A stretch of 64,000 bases of DNA from Bacteroidota bacterium. GTDB taxonomy: Bacteria; Bacteroidota; Bacteroidia; NS11-12g; UBA955. Below, in pieces: positions 38,271 to 48,671 of the stretch (the stretch's first letter is position 1; each line of letters begins with the position of its first letter). Below the pieces are notes generated by a model. It searched no databases. It saw only the letters and a program-made list of their open reading frames with translations, and was not told the DNA's origin. The DNA is taken from assembly GCA_025354385.1 (NCBI GenBank), contig JANXMZ010000061.1:12440-76439 (forward strand), given 5' to 3'. The position numbers and the translations under genes are program-made.

Positions 38271-39545
38271 ATGATAAAAATACTCAAAATACTGGTATTA
38301 TCAGTCTCTTTAATTATTCCTAGATATTCCTTCGCCCAATGGGCATTGCAGAATTCAGGAACGAATAGGTCATTTGGGAGCATTTACTTTTCCTCAAAAA
38401 ATGTTGGCTATACCCTTCCTTTCAAGGGGCCTATACTCAGGACTTTAAATGCAAGTTCATCTTGGGATTCCCTTTCTTCTTTAACACTATCGTCCAGCCT
38501 GCTTTATGACAATAATATCAATTTTGTGGATGATAGTTTTGGTTTTATTTCAACCCATAACCCATCGAATGTTAAACTTTACAGGACCAAAAATATGGGT
38601 TATACCTGGAAGGATATTACGCCTGCGGGTAATTTGTCAGGAATTATTAAATTCAAATTCTTAAATAGAAAGAAGGGATACGCTTATGCTAATTCAGCGT
38701 TTGATGACCAATGCTGGATGACTAATGACAGTGGAAACACCTGGAAATATATTCCATTGGGGTTTTCGCTTGGAAGTGGCACAAGTTCATTGCCCACTAT
38801 GTTCTTTGTAAATGACAGTACTGGCTACATTGCAGGTGGTGATGGGTCATTCAATTATAAAGGGGTGGTTAAAAAAACGACAAATTCAGGAAAAACATTT
38901 TCTACAGTTATCCTGCCAAAGAATTCTGTAATCAATTCAATTTATTTTCCAAATGCAGATACCGGTTATGTAATTTCCCGTAATGGCGGTATTTTTTCTA
39001 CTACTAATGCGGGAACTTCATGGGACAGCTTGACAACACTTGCACTAATATCTTATGAAAGTGAAGTATTTTTTACAAGCGGGATGAATGGATTTGTTAT
39101 TTCAGGCAATAGAATATACAGGACAATAAATGGAGGTAAAACCTGGAAATCGCAGGATCCCGGAACAAAGCAAAATCTTAGGGGAATCTTCTTTACAGAT
39201 GCCAATAACGGATATATAGTTGGGGATAGTGGTACAATATTGAAAACTATAAATTCAGGGGTAGCAACACAATTACATCCAGTTTCTATTCCTCCAGAAA
39301 GTATTACTGTTTATCCTATCCCTGCTTCAAAGAACTTACTTATAGAAATTACAAGTGGGCAGTATGCAGGTGTTCTTCATGATTTAACTATATATAACGA
39401 ATTGGGAGAATTGGTGTTAAATGTGCTGTTAGAACAAAAGGTTCAATTGAATATTGACCTTGTTAATGGGATATACTATTATATAGTAGGTTGTAAGGGT
39501 TTAGTAAAAAATAAGGGCAAAATCATTATAATCAATGATAAATGA
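38271..39545 (+). CDS. YCF48-like/BNR repeat protein with T9SS CTD
   Basis: Repeats SIYF, TxxxGxTW, GYIVGDSGTILKT; CTD VYPIP...GIYYY. Confidence 0.85.
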   Translation: MIKILKILVLSVSLIIPRYSFAQWALQNSGTNRSFGSIYFSSKNVGYTLPFKGPILRTLNASSSWDSLSSLTLSSSLLYDNNINFVDDSFGFISTHNPSNVKLYRTKNMGYTWKDITPAGNLSGIIKFKFLNRKKGYAYANSAFDDQCWMTNDSGNTWKYIPLGFSLGSGTSSLPTMFFVNDSTGYIAGGDGSFNYKGVVKKTTNSGKTFSTVILPKNSVINSIYFPNADTGYVISRNGGIFSTTNAGTSWDSLTTLALISYESEVFFTSGMNGFVISGNRIYRTINGGKTWKSQDPGTKQNLRGIFFTDANNGYIVGDSGTILKTINSGVATQLHPVSIPPESITVYPIPASKNLLIEITSGQYAGVLHDLTIYNELGELVLNVLLEQKVQLNIDLVNGIYYYIVGCKGLVKNKGKIIIINDK

Positions 39546-39625
39546 AACAATTTTAATGCGTAACTCCAATTAATAATTCTTAGTTTTCATAGTATTTGTT
39601 TTATTAATGTTTTATTAGAGTAAAT

Positions 39626-39652
39626 AAAAAAGCTTTCAGAAATTCTGAAAGC
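39626..39652 (-). terminator. Terminator of tRNA-Ala
   Basis: Minus strand GCTTTCAGA-ATT-TCTGAAAGC-TTTTTT. Confidence 0.8.
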
Positions 39653-39666
39653 CTTGTGAGAGTAAG

Positions 39667-39740
<74 letters not shown>

Positions 39741-39756
39741 TTTTATATTACAGAAC

Positions 39757-39819
39757 ATTCGAACCGATGGCCTTCCCGCATATTACGCGGGACGCTCTAG
39801 CCAAATGAGCTAATCCCCC
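39757..39819 (-). repeat. Truncated tRNA-Ala-like copy with replaced anticodon arm
   Basis: 39793-39819 is identical to 39714-39740; on the minus strand it continues TCCCGC-GTAATAT-GCGGGA, AGGCC, ATCGGTTCGAAT; no 3' T-stem or acceptor strand. Confidence 0.85.
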
Positions 39820-39953
39820 AGAATTGTTTAGAACTGAGGGGCGAAATTAAATCATTTTTTTGAACCTTCAAAGAAAATAATATTCATGAACGGAAAACCA
39901 TTTCAGAAAACGCTTTTTTAAATTTAATTCCATAAATTGCCTATGATTTATTC

Positions 39954-40217
39954 ATGAAAGCAATACTTAAATATCTTTTTGGCAATTCAATGAAGCCAGT
40001 ATTATTTATGTTTTTAGCTTTACCGCTTTTTATCCTAGGGGTGCTTTCTGAAATAGGCGGGTTGTTGTTAATCGGAGATATATTGTTTATGATGGCATGC
40101 CTATGGTTAGTATTGTCTTTTTTTGTTTTGCTTTTCAGAGGAGAGTGGAAACAAAGTTTTTACACCTTTTTATTTATCGCAGCGGTGATAATAGCAATTG
40201 GCCTATTAGCCAATTAA
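39954..40217 (+). CDS. Small hypothetical membrane protein
   Basis: 87 aa, three hydrophobic segments. Confidence 0.6.
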   Translation: MKAILKYLFGNSMKPVLFMFLALPLFILGVLSEIGGLLLIGDILFMMACLWLVLSFFVLLFRGEWKQSFYTFLFIAAVIIAIGLLAN

Positions 40218-40417
40218 TCGGATTATAAATTTATTTTTCTATGGCATTTTTATCGAGTAAGTATCACAAAAGGTATTTAGTTAGTTAGTATTTGTTGGGT
40301 GTTCATATTATTGTACAATTGTCTTGTTTTGCCACTGTTTACAAGTTTTTTTGGCATAAAATTAAATTATTACTTCTATTCTTCGCTATAATTTTGCAAG
40401 GTTATAAATTATAGTCT

Positions 40418-40894
40418 ATGCAAATCTTCCTCGATTTTGACGGCACCATTGTAGAGCACGAATACCCTGAGATTGGTAATTATGCAGAAGGGTGTTTTGA
40501 AGTTATTTCTAAACTTCAAAAGGCAGGGCATAAAATTATCCTCAATACCTATAGAGCTAGTAGCAGAAGAGGGAAACTTCAGAAGGCTTTAGATTATATC
40601 AATGAAATCGGGAAAAATAAAATTAAACCTATTACGGAGTTTTCTAAGAGTAAGATAAATCCATTTTATTGGAATTGGAATGTATTTAATGCCTTTGGAT
40701 TTATTTTTATAGACGATGAATGCATAGGTATACCAACAAAATTAGGAAGTTCAAAACTAGAGCGGAGAATAGTTAATTGGTCGGAGATAGACAAGCAATT
40801 TAGCGAGAATGGCATTTATGCTGAAAATGAAAATGGTATTGTAAATATTAATTCTTCTTACAGCGAAGTGCAAAAAGTAGGTATTGCCTCATAA
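40418..40894 (+). CDS. HAD-superfamily hydrolase-like protein
   Basis: IFLDFDGTIVEH (motif I), GHKIILNTYR, IFIDD. Confidence 0.82.
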   Translation: MQIFLDFDGTIVEHEYPEIGNYAEGCFEVISKLQKAGHKIILNTYRASSRRGKLQKALDYINEIGKNKIKPITEFSKSKINPFYWNWNVFNAFGFIFIDDECIGIPTKLGSSKLERRIVNWSEIDKQFSENGIYAENENGIVNINSSYSEVQKVGIAS

Positions 40895-40911
40895 TCTTTC
40901 TTCGAAAATTT

Positions 40912-41156
40912 GTTCTAATCTCAGGCAGTATTATACCCCAACTAATCCGAAGGCGCTCTCACGAGCATTGCGAGTAAAAAAGCTAGTCGCAGCAACCAAC
41001 CTTCTTTTTCTAAGGAAAAAGATTTTTTAAGATTTGTTTTTTTTTACCTCTACGGGTGATTTCTGTTCGTTCCTCACAGAACTTCCCTTGAGGTAACAAA
41101 AAAAACTACATCTCAAAAAACCGGCCGGTTCATGCGACGTCCCTCAAACATAGAAC
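40912..41156. other. Highly structured intergenic element (MITE/REP-like or ncRNA)
   Basis: Nested inverted repeats 40986-41138 around a TCGTTCCTC loop; short GTTCTA...TAGAAC ends. Confidence 0.55.
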
Positions 41157-41445
41157 TTTGTTATAATGTCAAATATGTTACTCTTAAAATAAATAATATT
41201 TAGCCATTGTTGAAGTAGTTGCATGATTCCAATAAATTTGCCAAAGAAACAATGTAATTTATGTAATACTTGCATATTAAATGATCATTTTTACCAGTAT
41301 AAAAAATACAATGATTTGAAAATATGTTTGTTAAAGAGTTAGTAAGGATTGACTATTTAAACAAACGCATTTTACCTAACAATGATTTAATATTAAATAA
41401 ACATTAGGCGAATTATTCTAATTTACCTTTGCTTTCATTAAAATA

Positions 41446-41844
41446 ATGATTCATTTTAAATATCATTTCTTGCTAATTACTATTTTTTTGATGTCTGCTT
41501 GTGAAAGGAAGCCAAACATTGTAATTCCTCCAAAAAACAACGCTTGCGACACCAGCAATATCACTTATTCGGGTAAGGTAAAACCGATATTAACTGCCAA
41601 TTGTTACAGTTGTCATTCTGATAGTACCGCAAGCACCAATGGCGGTATTGATTTGGAAAACTTTGTTGAATTGAAAAATTACATGGATTTACATTTCCGT
41701 TTAGATACTTCTTACGGATCCCAGTTTTATAATATTTGCAACCAAACTATTGGCACCAAATCTATGCCTCCTTCATATAAAATGAGTGCATGTGAAATAA
41801 GGACGATAAAGATTTGGATAGATGCAGGGGCTTTGAATAATTGA
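41446..41844 (+). CDS. Lipoprotein with c-type cytochrome motif
   Basis: MSAC lipobox, ITYSGKVKPILTANCYSCH, MPP, WIDAGALNN; TACCTTTG upstream. Confidence 0.85.
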   Translation: MIHFKYHFLLITIFLMSACERKPNIVIPPKNNACDTSNITYSGKVKPILTANCYSCHSDSTASTNGGIDLENFVELKNYMDLHFRLDTSYGSQFYNICNQTIGTKSMPPSYKMSACEIRTIKIWIDAGALNN

Positions 41845-41893
41845 GATCATCTCAAAAATTAAAACGGAGCAAATTGGATTGCTATGAGCATTC

Positions 41894-43156
41894 TTAATTC
41901 AGAAAATAAGCGCCAATTAACTGTATTGAAAAAGATAAAGTGATTAAAACTACCGACGCAATTTTAACCCAAAAATGCTTGAAGTAATTTTGCAAAGCCA
42001 ATACCATAAACAGCAATAAAAAGAATTGAAAGTCGAGTGTATATCTAGCGCAGAACTGCACCCATCCGGTGCCCATGATACAAAATATAACCATGGCCAT
42101 TCCAAATGCACTCAACAGGCATGCAGACATTAATTGAAAATGGGGGTCCCAAAAGCTTTTTCTCAGTTTAGAAAAATAAAAGTATAAGTTGGGTATTAGT
42201 AAAAGAAATAATGGGGAGCCCCATATAAAACCAAAACCTTCAGGCTCCTTTTTTATAAAAGGGAAAGACTCCTTAAAGCTTGGCCAATGTAGTACTTCTG
42301 TGTAGAAATTATGGCTAAAATAATGTAAGGAAAAATACCCATGTTGATTAAAGTTGTCCTGAAAATAAGCACTCATAATATGGTACTTTAAACCATTTTC
42401 GAATACATCACCAAAACGCACAAAATTATAAATGGCATTTAAGCCACTAAAAATAACAAAAGGTATACAAAAATAGATCAAGCTTTTTAAGTTTTCAACT
42501 CTGCCAGTATTTCTCTCCAAAGCAAAGAAAAGTGCTACAAAAAAAGGAAATACAAATACAAAATGATTGCGGGTATAAATAGCACAGGCCAACAAGAACC
42601 CCGATAAAAATAAGTTAAAAATCTTTGCTTTGCCTCTCAGAAAGACTAAGATTGAAGCTAGCAAAAATGTTTGTGCCATTATCTGAGAAATAAACCATAC
42701 ACTGCCTTTCATGGCCATATAAAATTGCACCGTACCCAATCCCCAAAACAGCCCCAATAATGCTAGTGATATAGGATTTAGGTTGAGATTGAATTTTGAA
42801 TTGCATTTTATAAAAATCAGTAGGACCAATAAAACATTAAAGGCCCCAAAAAGTGCGTTTATCAGAGCATCTGGTAAATCGAGTCCAAACAAAGCAACCA
42901 AAGGCATAAACACCAAGGCAGGAACTGGCGGCCAATACATATAAAATTTTCCTTTGTATTCAACAAGATCCTCTTTTGAAGGCGTATTTTCTAAATTCAA
43001 CCTGCAGTGCAAGAAAGCATCTGCTTGAAATCTAAAATAATTGAGTTGAGTGCCTCTATCAATGCGAATATGTCCTGCTTCGAACCTTATGGCATACAAA
43101 AAAAAACAGAGTATGGGAATAACCAATACCAGCCTTTCTCTTTTTTGAAATTTCAT
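41894..43156 (-). CDS. Polytopic membrane protein, GT-C glycosyltransferase-like
   Basis: QADAFLH, DL...GKFYMYWPPVPA, YNFVRFGDVFENG, ARYTLDF; many TM helices. Confidence 0.7.
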   Translation of the reverse strand: MKFQKRERLVLVIPILCFFLYAIRFEAGHIRIDRGTQLNYFRFQADAFLHCRLNLENTPSKEDLVEYKGKFYMYWPPVPALVFMPLVALFGLDLPDALINALFGAFNVLLVLLIFIKCNSKFNLNLNPISLALLGLFWGLGTVQFYMAMKGSVWFISQIMAQTFLLASILVFLRGKAKIFNLFLSGFLLACAIYTRNHFVFVFPFFVALFFALERNTGRVENLKSLIYFCIPFVIFSGLNAIYNFVRFGDVFENGLKYHIMSAYFQDNFNQHGYFSLHYFSHNFYTEVLHWPSFKESFPFIKKEPEGFGFIWGSPLFLLLIPNLYFYFSKLRKSFWDPHFQLMSACLLSAFGMAMVIFCIMGTGWVQFCARYTLDFQFFLLLFMVLALQNYFKHFWVKIASVVLITLSFSIQLIGAYFLN

Positions 43157-43293
43157 TGTTACAATAGCATTTACAGACACACAAACATAAGATTTATTTT
43201 TTCAAGTAAAGAGACAATTGCCTGAAATGAGCGCAAAAATTTATGCTAAAATTTTTAGCTATACAATACTAAATTTTGTTGTATTTTTGTTAA

Positions 43294-44358
43294 ATGAATA
43301 ATGAGACCTTGATAAAAGGAAGGGGTGCCCAAATAAACACTCACAATCGCTTTAACCGAAACGAGCGTGTTTATGAACATATTGAAGGCTTGGATGAAGA
43401 AGACTTTTCTTTACATTCCAAAACGGAATACCTTGAAGTATTTCCAAAAACAATCGTCAACAAAGTTGACAGTCCTGATTTAGGCATGGCCTATTCCATG
43501 AACCCCTATCAGGGTTGCGAACACGGATGCATTTATTGTTATGCTCGCAATAGTCACAATTATTGGGGCTATAGTTCGGGAGCAGAGTTTGAACAAAAAA
43601 TACTGGTTAAGAAAAATGCTGCTCAATTGTTGGAAGAGACTTTTCAGAAGTCAACTTGGGAGCCCTCTCCTATTATGCTTTCAGGCAATACGGATTGCTA
43701 CCAGCCCGCGGAAAGAAAATTTGGCATTACCAGACAGATACTGGAAATATGTCTTAAATACAGGCATCCAGTAAGCATTATTACAAAAAACAGTTTGGTT
43801 GAGCGCGACCTCGATTTAATCATTGAGTTGAACAAACTCAAACTTGTAAATGTAAGCATAACGCTAACTTCTTTAGATGAACAATTAAGACAATTACTAG
43901 AGCCAAGAACGGCGAGTACTGTTCGCAAATTAAAGACCATAGAAACATTGGCCAATCATCAAATACCCGTTAATGTAATGATGGCTCCTATTATTCCAGG
44001 GTTGAATAGCCACGAGATATTGCCTCTGGCAGAGAAAGTATCAGGGCGAGGAGCCTCTTCGCTTCATTATACCATCATTAGGTTAAATGGCAGTATAGGC
44101 AATGTTTTTCTCAACTGGATTAGCAAAACTTTTCCAGAAAGAGCCCCTAAAGTGATTCATCAAATTCAAGAATGCCATGATGGGCAGTTGAATGACAGTC
44201 GCTATGGCAAACGCATGAAAGGTGATGGTAAAACGGCAGAGATGATTGCTCAAATGATAGGTTTGGCCAGACAAAAATTTTTTAAAGACAAAAAATTACC
44301 TACTTTGGATTGTAGTATTTTTATGCGCAATAAAAAGGGGCAGTTGGGTTTGTTTTAA
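43294..44358 (+). CDS. PA0069-family radical SAM protein
   Basis: GRGA, NPYQGCEHGCIYCYAR (CxxxCxxC), SGNTDCYQP, LEPR. Confidence 0.93.
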   Translation: MNNETLIKGRGAQINTHNRFNRNERVYEHIEGLDEEDFSLHSKTEYLEVFPKTIVNKVDSPDLGMAYSMNPYQGCEHGCIYCYARNSHNYWGYSSGAEFEQKILVKKNAAQLLEETFQKSTWEPSPIMLSGNTDCYQPAERKFGITRQILEICLKYRHPVSIITKNSLVERDLDLIIELNKLKLVNVSITLTSLDEQLRQLLEPRTASTVRKLKTIETLANHQIPVNVMMAPIIPGLNSHEILPLAEKVSGRGASSLHYTIIRLNGSIGNVFLNWISKTFPERAPKVIHQIQECHDGQLNDSRYGKRMKGDGKTAEMIAQMIGLARQKFFKDKKLPTLDCSIFMRNKKGQLGLF

Positions 44359-44431
44359 ATTTACAAAGAACAACTGAATTGCTCAAGATAATGTTACTTT
44401 TAAAACAAGATTATTTTTTCAATACTTAAAA

Positions 44432-45313
44432 TCATTTTTTGATACTCGGGTAAGGCACATATGCCTGATCATCTCCTTGAATCTTATCAAAGGTTTGCGC
44501 TATCCATTTTTCTTTTGCTTCCTGAAGAATTACTTTGCTACTGGATACAAAATTCCAATCAATGAAACGCTCTTCAGGTAAAGGGTCACCGCCAAAAAGA
44601 TAAACAGTGGTGTTAGCAGCCATATTAAACTGACATAATTTAGAATCGTTTGCTATGAGAATGTGCTTTGGCAAAAATGTATCACCTTCGATCTCCACAC
44701 TACCCTCTAAAATATACAAGCCCACTTCGCCATATAATTCATTTCCTAACTGAATTGTTTGTTGGGTGCTACTTTTAATTTCTAACATATACAAAGGACT
44801 GTAAACGGGTACGGGCGATTTTTTACCGAATGCCTCGCCTGCAATTAATTTAAACTGAACATCGCCTTCTGTCCATGTTGGAATTTCATTTTCGTCTGTA
44901 TGATGAAACGCTGGCTCCATCTGTTCTAACGCTTTTGGCAAGGCCACCCATATCTGCAATCCATGAATGTATTTTGTTGAATGTCTCAAATACTCTGGCG
45001 TTCTTTCTGAATGCACAATGCCTTTTCCTGCTGTCATCCAATTTACCTCTCCCGGTTTTATTTCCATTTGTGTACCGATAGAATCTCTGTGCATAATACT
45101 ACCTTCAAATAAAAATGTGAGTGTAGACAAACCAATGTGTGGATGCGGAAGTACATCGAAATTTTCACGCTCATTTATTTTCGCAGGTCCCATGTGATCA
45201 ATAAAAATAAATGGACCTACCATTCTTTTTTGTCGGAAAGGCAATAATCTGCCGACCATAAAATTGCCGATACTTACCACTCTCTCTTCAATGATGAATT
45301 GGATATTTGACAT
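44432..45313 (-). CDS. Pirin-family protein
   Basis: GPFIFIDHMGP, PHPHIGL, HRDS, WMTAGKGIVHSE, QIWVALP. Confidence 0.95.
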   Translation of the reverse strand: MSNIQFIIEERVVSIGNFMVGRLLPFRQKRMVGPFIFIDHMGPAKINERENFDVLPHPHIGLSTLTFLFEGSIMHRDSIGTQMEIKPGEVNWMTAGKGIVHSERTPEYLRHSTKYIHGLQIWVALPKALEQMEPAFHHTDENEIPTWTEGDVQFKLIAGEAFGKKSPVPVYSPLYMLEIKSSTQQTIQLGNELYGEVGLYILEGSVEIEGDTFLPKHILIANDSKLCQFNMAANTTVYLFGGDPLPEERFIDWNFVSSSKVILQEAKEKWIAQTFDKIQGDDQAYVPYPSIKK

Positions 45314-45327
45314 CGCGTATTATAAAA

Positions 45328-45894
45328 TTATTGAACTGGTTTCATTTTCTCTGAAGCCTGCATGCACCATAACAACTCATTAATAAAACCAACAGCCCGT
45401 TTATCCATACCTGCTTTGTCTGTGGGATTTCCATCGTCATCAAATGACTCTTGAACTTTTGGCACTGGGAACATGGCTGGAACTGTCCATGCACGAATTT
45501 TCCATAGAGAAAATTGCAAGGATGTAATCACCTGACTGCCCCCAAAAATACCGTTTGAAGCTGTAGATATTGCCACTGGTTTTCTATGCCATTCGTCGTA
45601 CAAAAGATCTACCACATTTTTTAAAGCGGCAGGATAACCCCCATTGTATTCTGGTGTAACAATGATAACCCCATTGGCCACCTTTATTTTTTCTGCAAAT
45701 GCAATTACTTCTGGTGTTGGGTTGGTTTGAAATTTTAACCGCTCATTGAAAACAGGAAATTGATATTCATTCAAATCTAGAATCTCCACAGTTGCCAAAT
45801 TATTCTCTACTATGTATTTTTTTAAATAAAGTGCAACTTTATGACTTTGGCGACTGATGCGGACACTGGCGGATATTATACTGATGTGATACAT
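45328..45894 (-). CDS. NADPH-dependent FMN reductase
   Basis: SASVR, TPEYNGGYPAALKNVVD. Confidence 0.93.
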   Translation of the reverse strand: MYHISIISASVRISRQSHKVALYLKKYIVENNLATVEILDLNEYQFPVFNERLKFQTNPTPEVIAFAEKIKVANGVIIVTPEYNGGYPAALKNVVDLLYDEWHRKPVAISTASNGIFGGSQVITSLQFSLWKIRAWTVPAMFPVPKVQESFDDDGNPTDKAGMDKRAVGFINELLWCMQASEKMKPVQ

Positions 45895-46136
45895 GATTTT
45901 TTAGGGATAAAATTACTACTATTTTAAACACTTCCGAAAAAAATCACGTAAAAACAGAAAACATTCACACCAAATCTGTAAATTTTTCGGTATGAACGTT
46001 TAACCTATTAACAAATCATTGGCAACATTTCAAAAAACTATCCTATGAACTCTCGCCTGTATCCTTTTAAACATATTATGTAACGCAAATATATCCTCAT
46101 TAAGTTGAGACGAAAAACAGGCACTATTTATTTACA

Positions 46137-47138
46137 TTAGTACAACTTATATCCAAAGCTTATATATAACATATGTCCAGATACATTTTCAGAGGTGTTG
46201 TAATTAATTCTTGTGAAACCAGGGGAATAGGATACTTGAAGTGAATACCTCTTATTTGTTAAGCGAAAAGCAGGCTGAAATAATAACTGAGCGTTTGTAG
46301 AGGAGGAAAATCCTTTATTGTTTTTTAAATTACCCCCATAATTGTAATTAATTCTTGTAGAATTAAAACCAATGCCTATATTTAAGCCAAAAGCCAACTG
46401 ATATTTATCTTTTATAATATTTCTCTCAACTAATAATGGCAGCAATAATTGATAAGCATTGGTTACCGCTTTATAATTCCCTGAACTTTCTGAAAGCACA
46501 CTATCCGGATAAATTTTAATTGCGTTATTTACAATTGCATATTTCACATCAGTAGAATGAAAATCACCATTGCTTCTATATTTCGAAAATCTAAATCTTG
46601 ATCCAGTAACAAGACGGTATGGGGTTGTGCCTATTGGACGGGATTTTTCTTTAATCGTAAACCCAAAGGAAAAGCCTGCATTAACACGCTTAGGTGTTAT
46701 TTTAATAAAATTGGCGGGATTAGAACTGATGGAACTACCAATAGCATATACATAACCATAAGATGTATCTGTAGTAGTGTTTTTGGATAATCCAACCAAA
46801 GTTGCTAATCCAAAATTTATTTCATTGAACCAACTAATTCTATTTTTAGACAACTCATTCCTATTGGTATTGGGTGCTGCAATGGTATTGAATTTGGAAG
46901 TCTTGCCAATACTTATTTGTATAATGCTATTGGAGTCTTCCAAATTAAGGGTTATTTTATTGCCCATTTTAGGCATAGGTACTGATATGAATTCTCCACC
47001 AATATTTATTTTAATGGTGTCCAATGTCGATGTTTGCGCTTTAACATTGATGCCTACAAAATACATAGCAATAATTGCAACATAACTAATTAATGGTTTG
47101 TAATTCATTTCTTGTGATATTTTTATTGACGTATTCAT
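46137..47138 (-). CDS. Hypothetical exported protein, probable outer-membrane beta-barrel
   Basis: Signal peptide, alternating beta-strand pattern, C-terminal YISFGYKLY; third gene of the ECF operon. Confidence 0.65.
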   Translation of the reverse strand: MNTSIKISQEMNYKPLISYVAIIAMYFVGINVKAQTSTLDTIKINIGGEFISVPMPKMGNKITLNLEDSNSIIQISIGKTSKFNTIAAPNTNRNELSKNRISWFNEINFGLATLVGLSKNTTTDTSYGYVYAIGSSISSNPANFIKITPKRVNAGFSFGFTIKEKSRPIGTTPYRLVTGSRFRFSKYRSNGDFHSTDVKYAIVNNAIKIYPDSVLSESSGNYKAVTNAYQLLLPLLVERNIIKDKYQLAFGLNIGIGFNSTRINYNYGGNLKNNKGFSSSTNAQLLFQPAFRLTNKRYSLQVSYSPGFTRINYNTSENVSGHMLYISFGYKLY

Positions 47139-47140
47139 TT

Positions 47141-47974
47141 TTAATTTGATAAGGTAAGCACCAAGATAGAACGATCTTGGGCGGTGTATTCAATGTATGT
47201 TTTTTGTGTATTGGAATCTTTAATAACCCTTGATTTCGGATTGTCTAAAAATTTCGAAAGTGTAATACCATCTTTGTGCTGAAGAATATCCAACATGGTG
47301 TAACGCTTTTCTGAATAGGCAAAATCTGTGTTAGGCAAACCGTCCATTGTTTCTTCTTTTATAGTAATCTTATACTTTGGCTGAGGCTTATTTACTAGTT
47401 TTACAAACACTTCAGAATCGCGTTTTAAAACTGGTTCTTGCACCACCAGAGGTCGGCTAATAGTATCCTCAACACTATTAATCTGCGAGATGGTTTGAGG
47501 CGTATTTAATTTTACAAAATCGCATTCTGATTTATCTTGAACTTTCTGTTGGTCATTTACCACCTTTATTTTTTCGATTGTAGAATGAGGTAAGGAATTG
47601 GTAGGATTTGTTTGAACCGTATTGACAATGTCGACTTTTTTAATATTTGTAATATTAGTATTAAGAACAGCGTAAACACCAATGAGCAATATTAAACCGG
47701 CAGCTATAGAAACGGGCCACCACATAGTTATAAGGGTGCCTTTTTTTTCCTCTGCCTGTATCAAACTTTCCAAAAATTCGGCTTCTTGATTTTTTAGTAA
47801 GTCTGTGCTTTCGGAGTAAATTGTTTTACTCCACTGTTGCCACTCAAAATTCAAAAAAACATCTGCATGAATTTGATCCAACAGATTTTCTCTTACTTCT
47901 TTCGAATAATTATTCTCAAGTATATTGAACATAATTTCTTCGTAATTGTTGCTGTTAATAATTACTTTTTTCAT
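47141..47974 (-). CDS. Putative anti-sigma factor (single TM)
   Basis: INSNNYEE N-terminus, WWPVSIAAGLILLI TM; coupled to the ECF sigma gene. Confidence 0.65.
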   Translation of the reverse strand: MKKVIINSNNYEEIMFNILENNYSKEVRENLLDQIHADVFLNFEWQQWSKTIYSESTDLLKNQEAEFLESLIQAEEKKGTLITMWWPVSIAAGLILLIGVYAVLNTNITNIKKVDIVNTVQTNPTNSLPHSTIEKIKVVNDQQKVQDKSECDFVKLNTPQTISQINSVEDTISRPLVVQEPVLKRDSEVFVKLVNKPQPKYKITIKEETMDGLPNTDFAYSEKRYTMLDILQHKDGITLSKFLDNPKSRVIKDSNTQKTYIEYTAQDRSILVLTLSN

Positions 47975-48459
47975 ATCGCTTCCATGGCTGTTATAGTTTC
48001 CTTTAATATTTTTCTTGCTCTGAATAGATAGACTTTTACCTGACTTTCGTTCAACCCTGTTATCTCTTCAATTTCCTTATAGTTATAACCTTCCAAATCC
48101 CTCAACAAAATAAGGGTTCTTTGCATTTCTGGAATCCGTTCAAGCGCTGTCTTCAACAACTCTTTATTCATAAAAGAGTTTTCAAAATGAACCGTATCGG
48201 TGATGCTTTCGTGTTGCTCATTTAATTCACTTTCATTTTTTACTTTTCTGAAAACGTCCATGCATTTTCTGTAGGCAATTGTGAAAAGGTATTGTTTGGC
48301 TTTTGTGTTGTCGAATTGTTGGCGGTTATTCCATAATGCTAAGAAGGTATCTTGAACCACATCTTTGGCAAGGTCTAAATTATTGAGATTCCTATTGGCG
48401 AATCTTAATAAATGTGGACTCCATTGCCTTACGATGCTGTTGTATTCAGATATATTCAA
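47971..48459 (-). CDS. ECF RNA polymerase sigma-70 factor
   Basis: AKDVVQDTFLALW, YLFTIAYR, LRDLEGYNYKEI, QVKVYLFRARK. Confidence 0.95.
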   Translation of the reverse strand: MNISEYNSIVRQWSPHLLRFANRNLNNLDLAKDVVQDTFLALWNNRQQFDNTKAKQYLFTIAYRKCMDVFRKVKNESELNEQHESITDTVHFENSFMNKELLKTALERIPEMQRTLILLRDLEGYNYKEIEEITGLNESQVKVYLFRARKILKETITAMEAI

Positions 48460-48671
48460 TGCTGATTGCTGGATTTATAGATGATTCGCATAACGGATAT
48501 TAAAAGTTACACTTAGTATAAAAATAAATTTAGTAAATAAAATATTGTACAATAATGAAACAGTTATTATGAAATACAAATTTGATTTTTTTTAAACAGT
48601 CCCTTCAATTTTAGTAATAAATTTAAAAAGTAATGGTGAACCCTAATAGAGACTTCCACTTCCTTTCAGTC

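Larger units (their letters stand above)
1..39666. mobile_element. Putative genomic island abutting the tRNA-Ala 3' end (left end outside window)
   Basis: R-M/defence, Xis-like HTH and metal-resistance cargo, all on the + strand, ending at the tRNA 3' end; no integrase or att duplicate visible. Confidence 0.55.

Noticed and set aside
39757-39819. Second functional tRNA (AAT anticodon)
   Set aside because: No 3' T-stem or acceptor strand, and the anticodon loop lacks U33-type geometry.
40418-40894. Prophage marked by the HAD-like gene
   Set aside because: No structural, terminase or integrase genes nearby.
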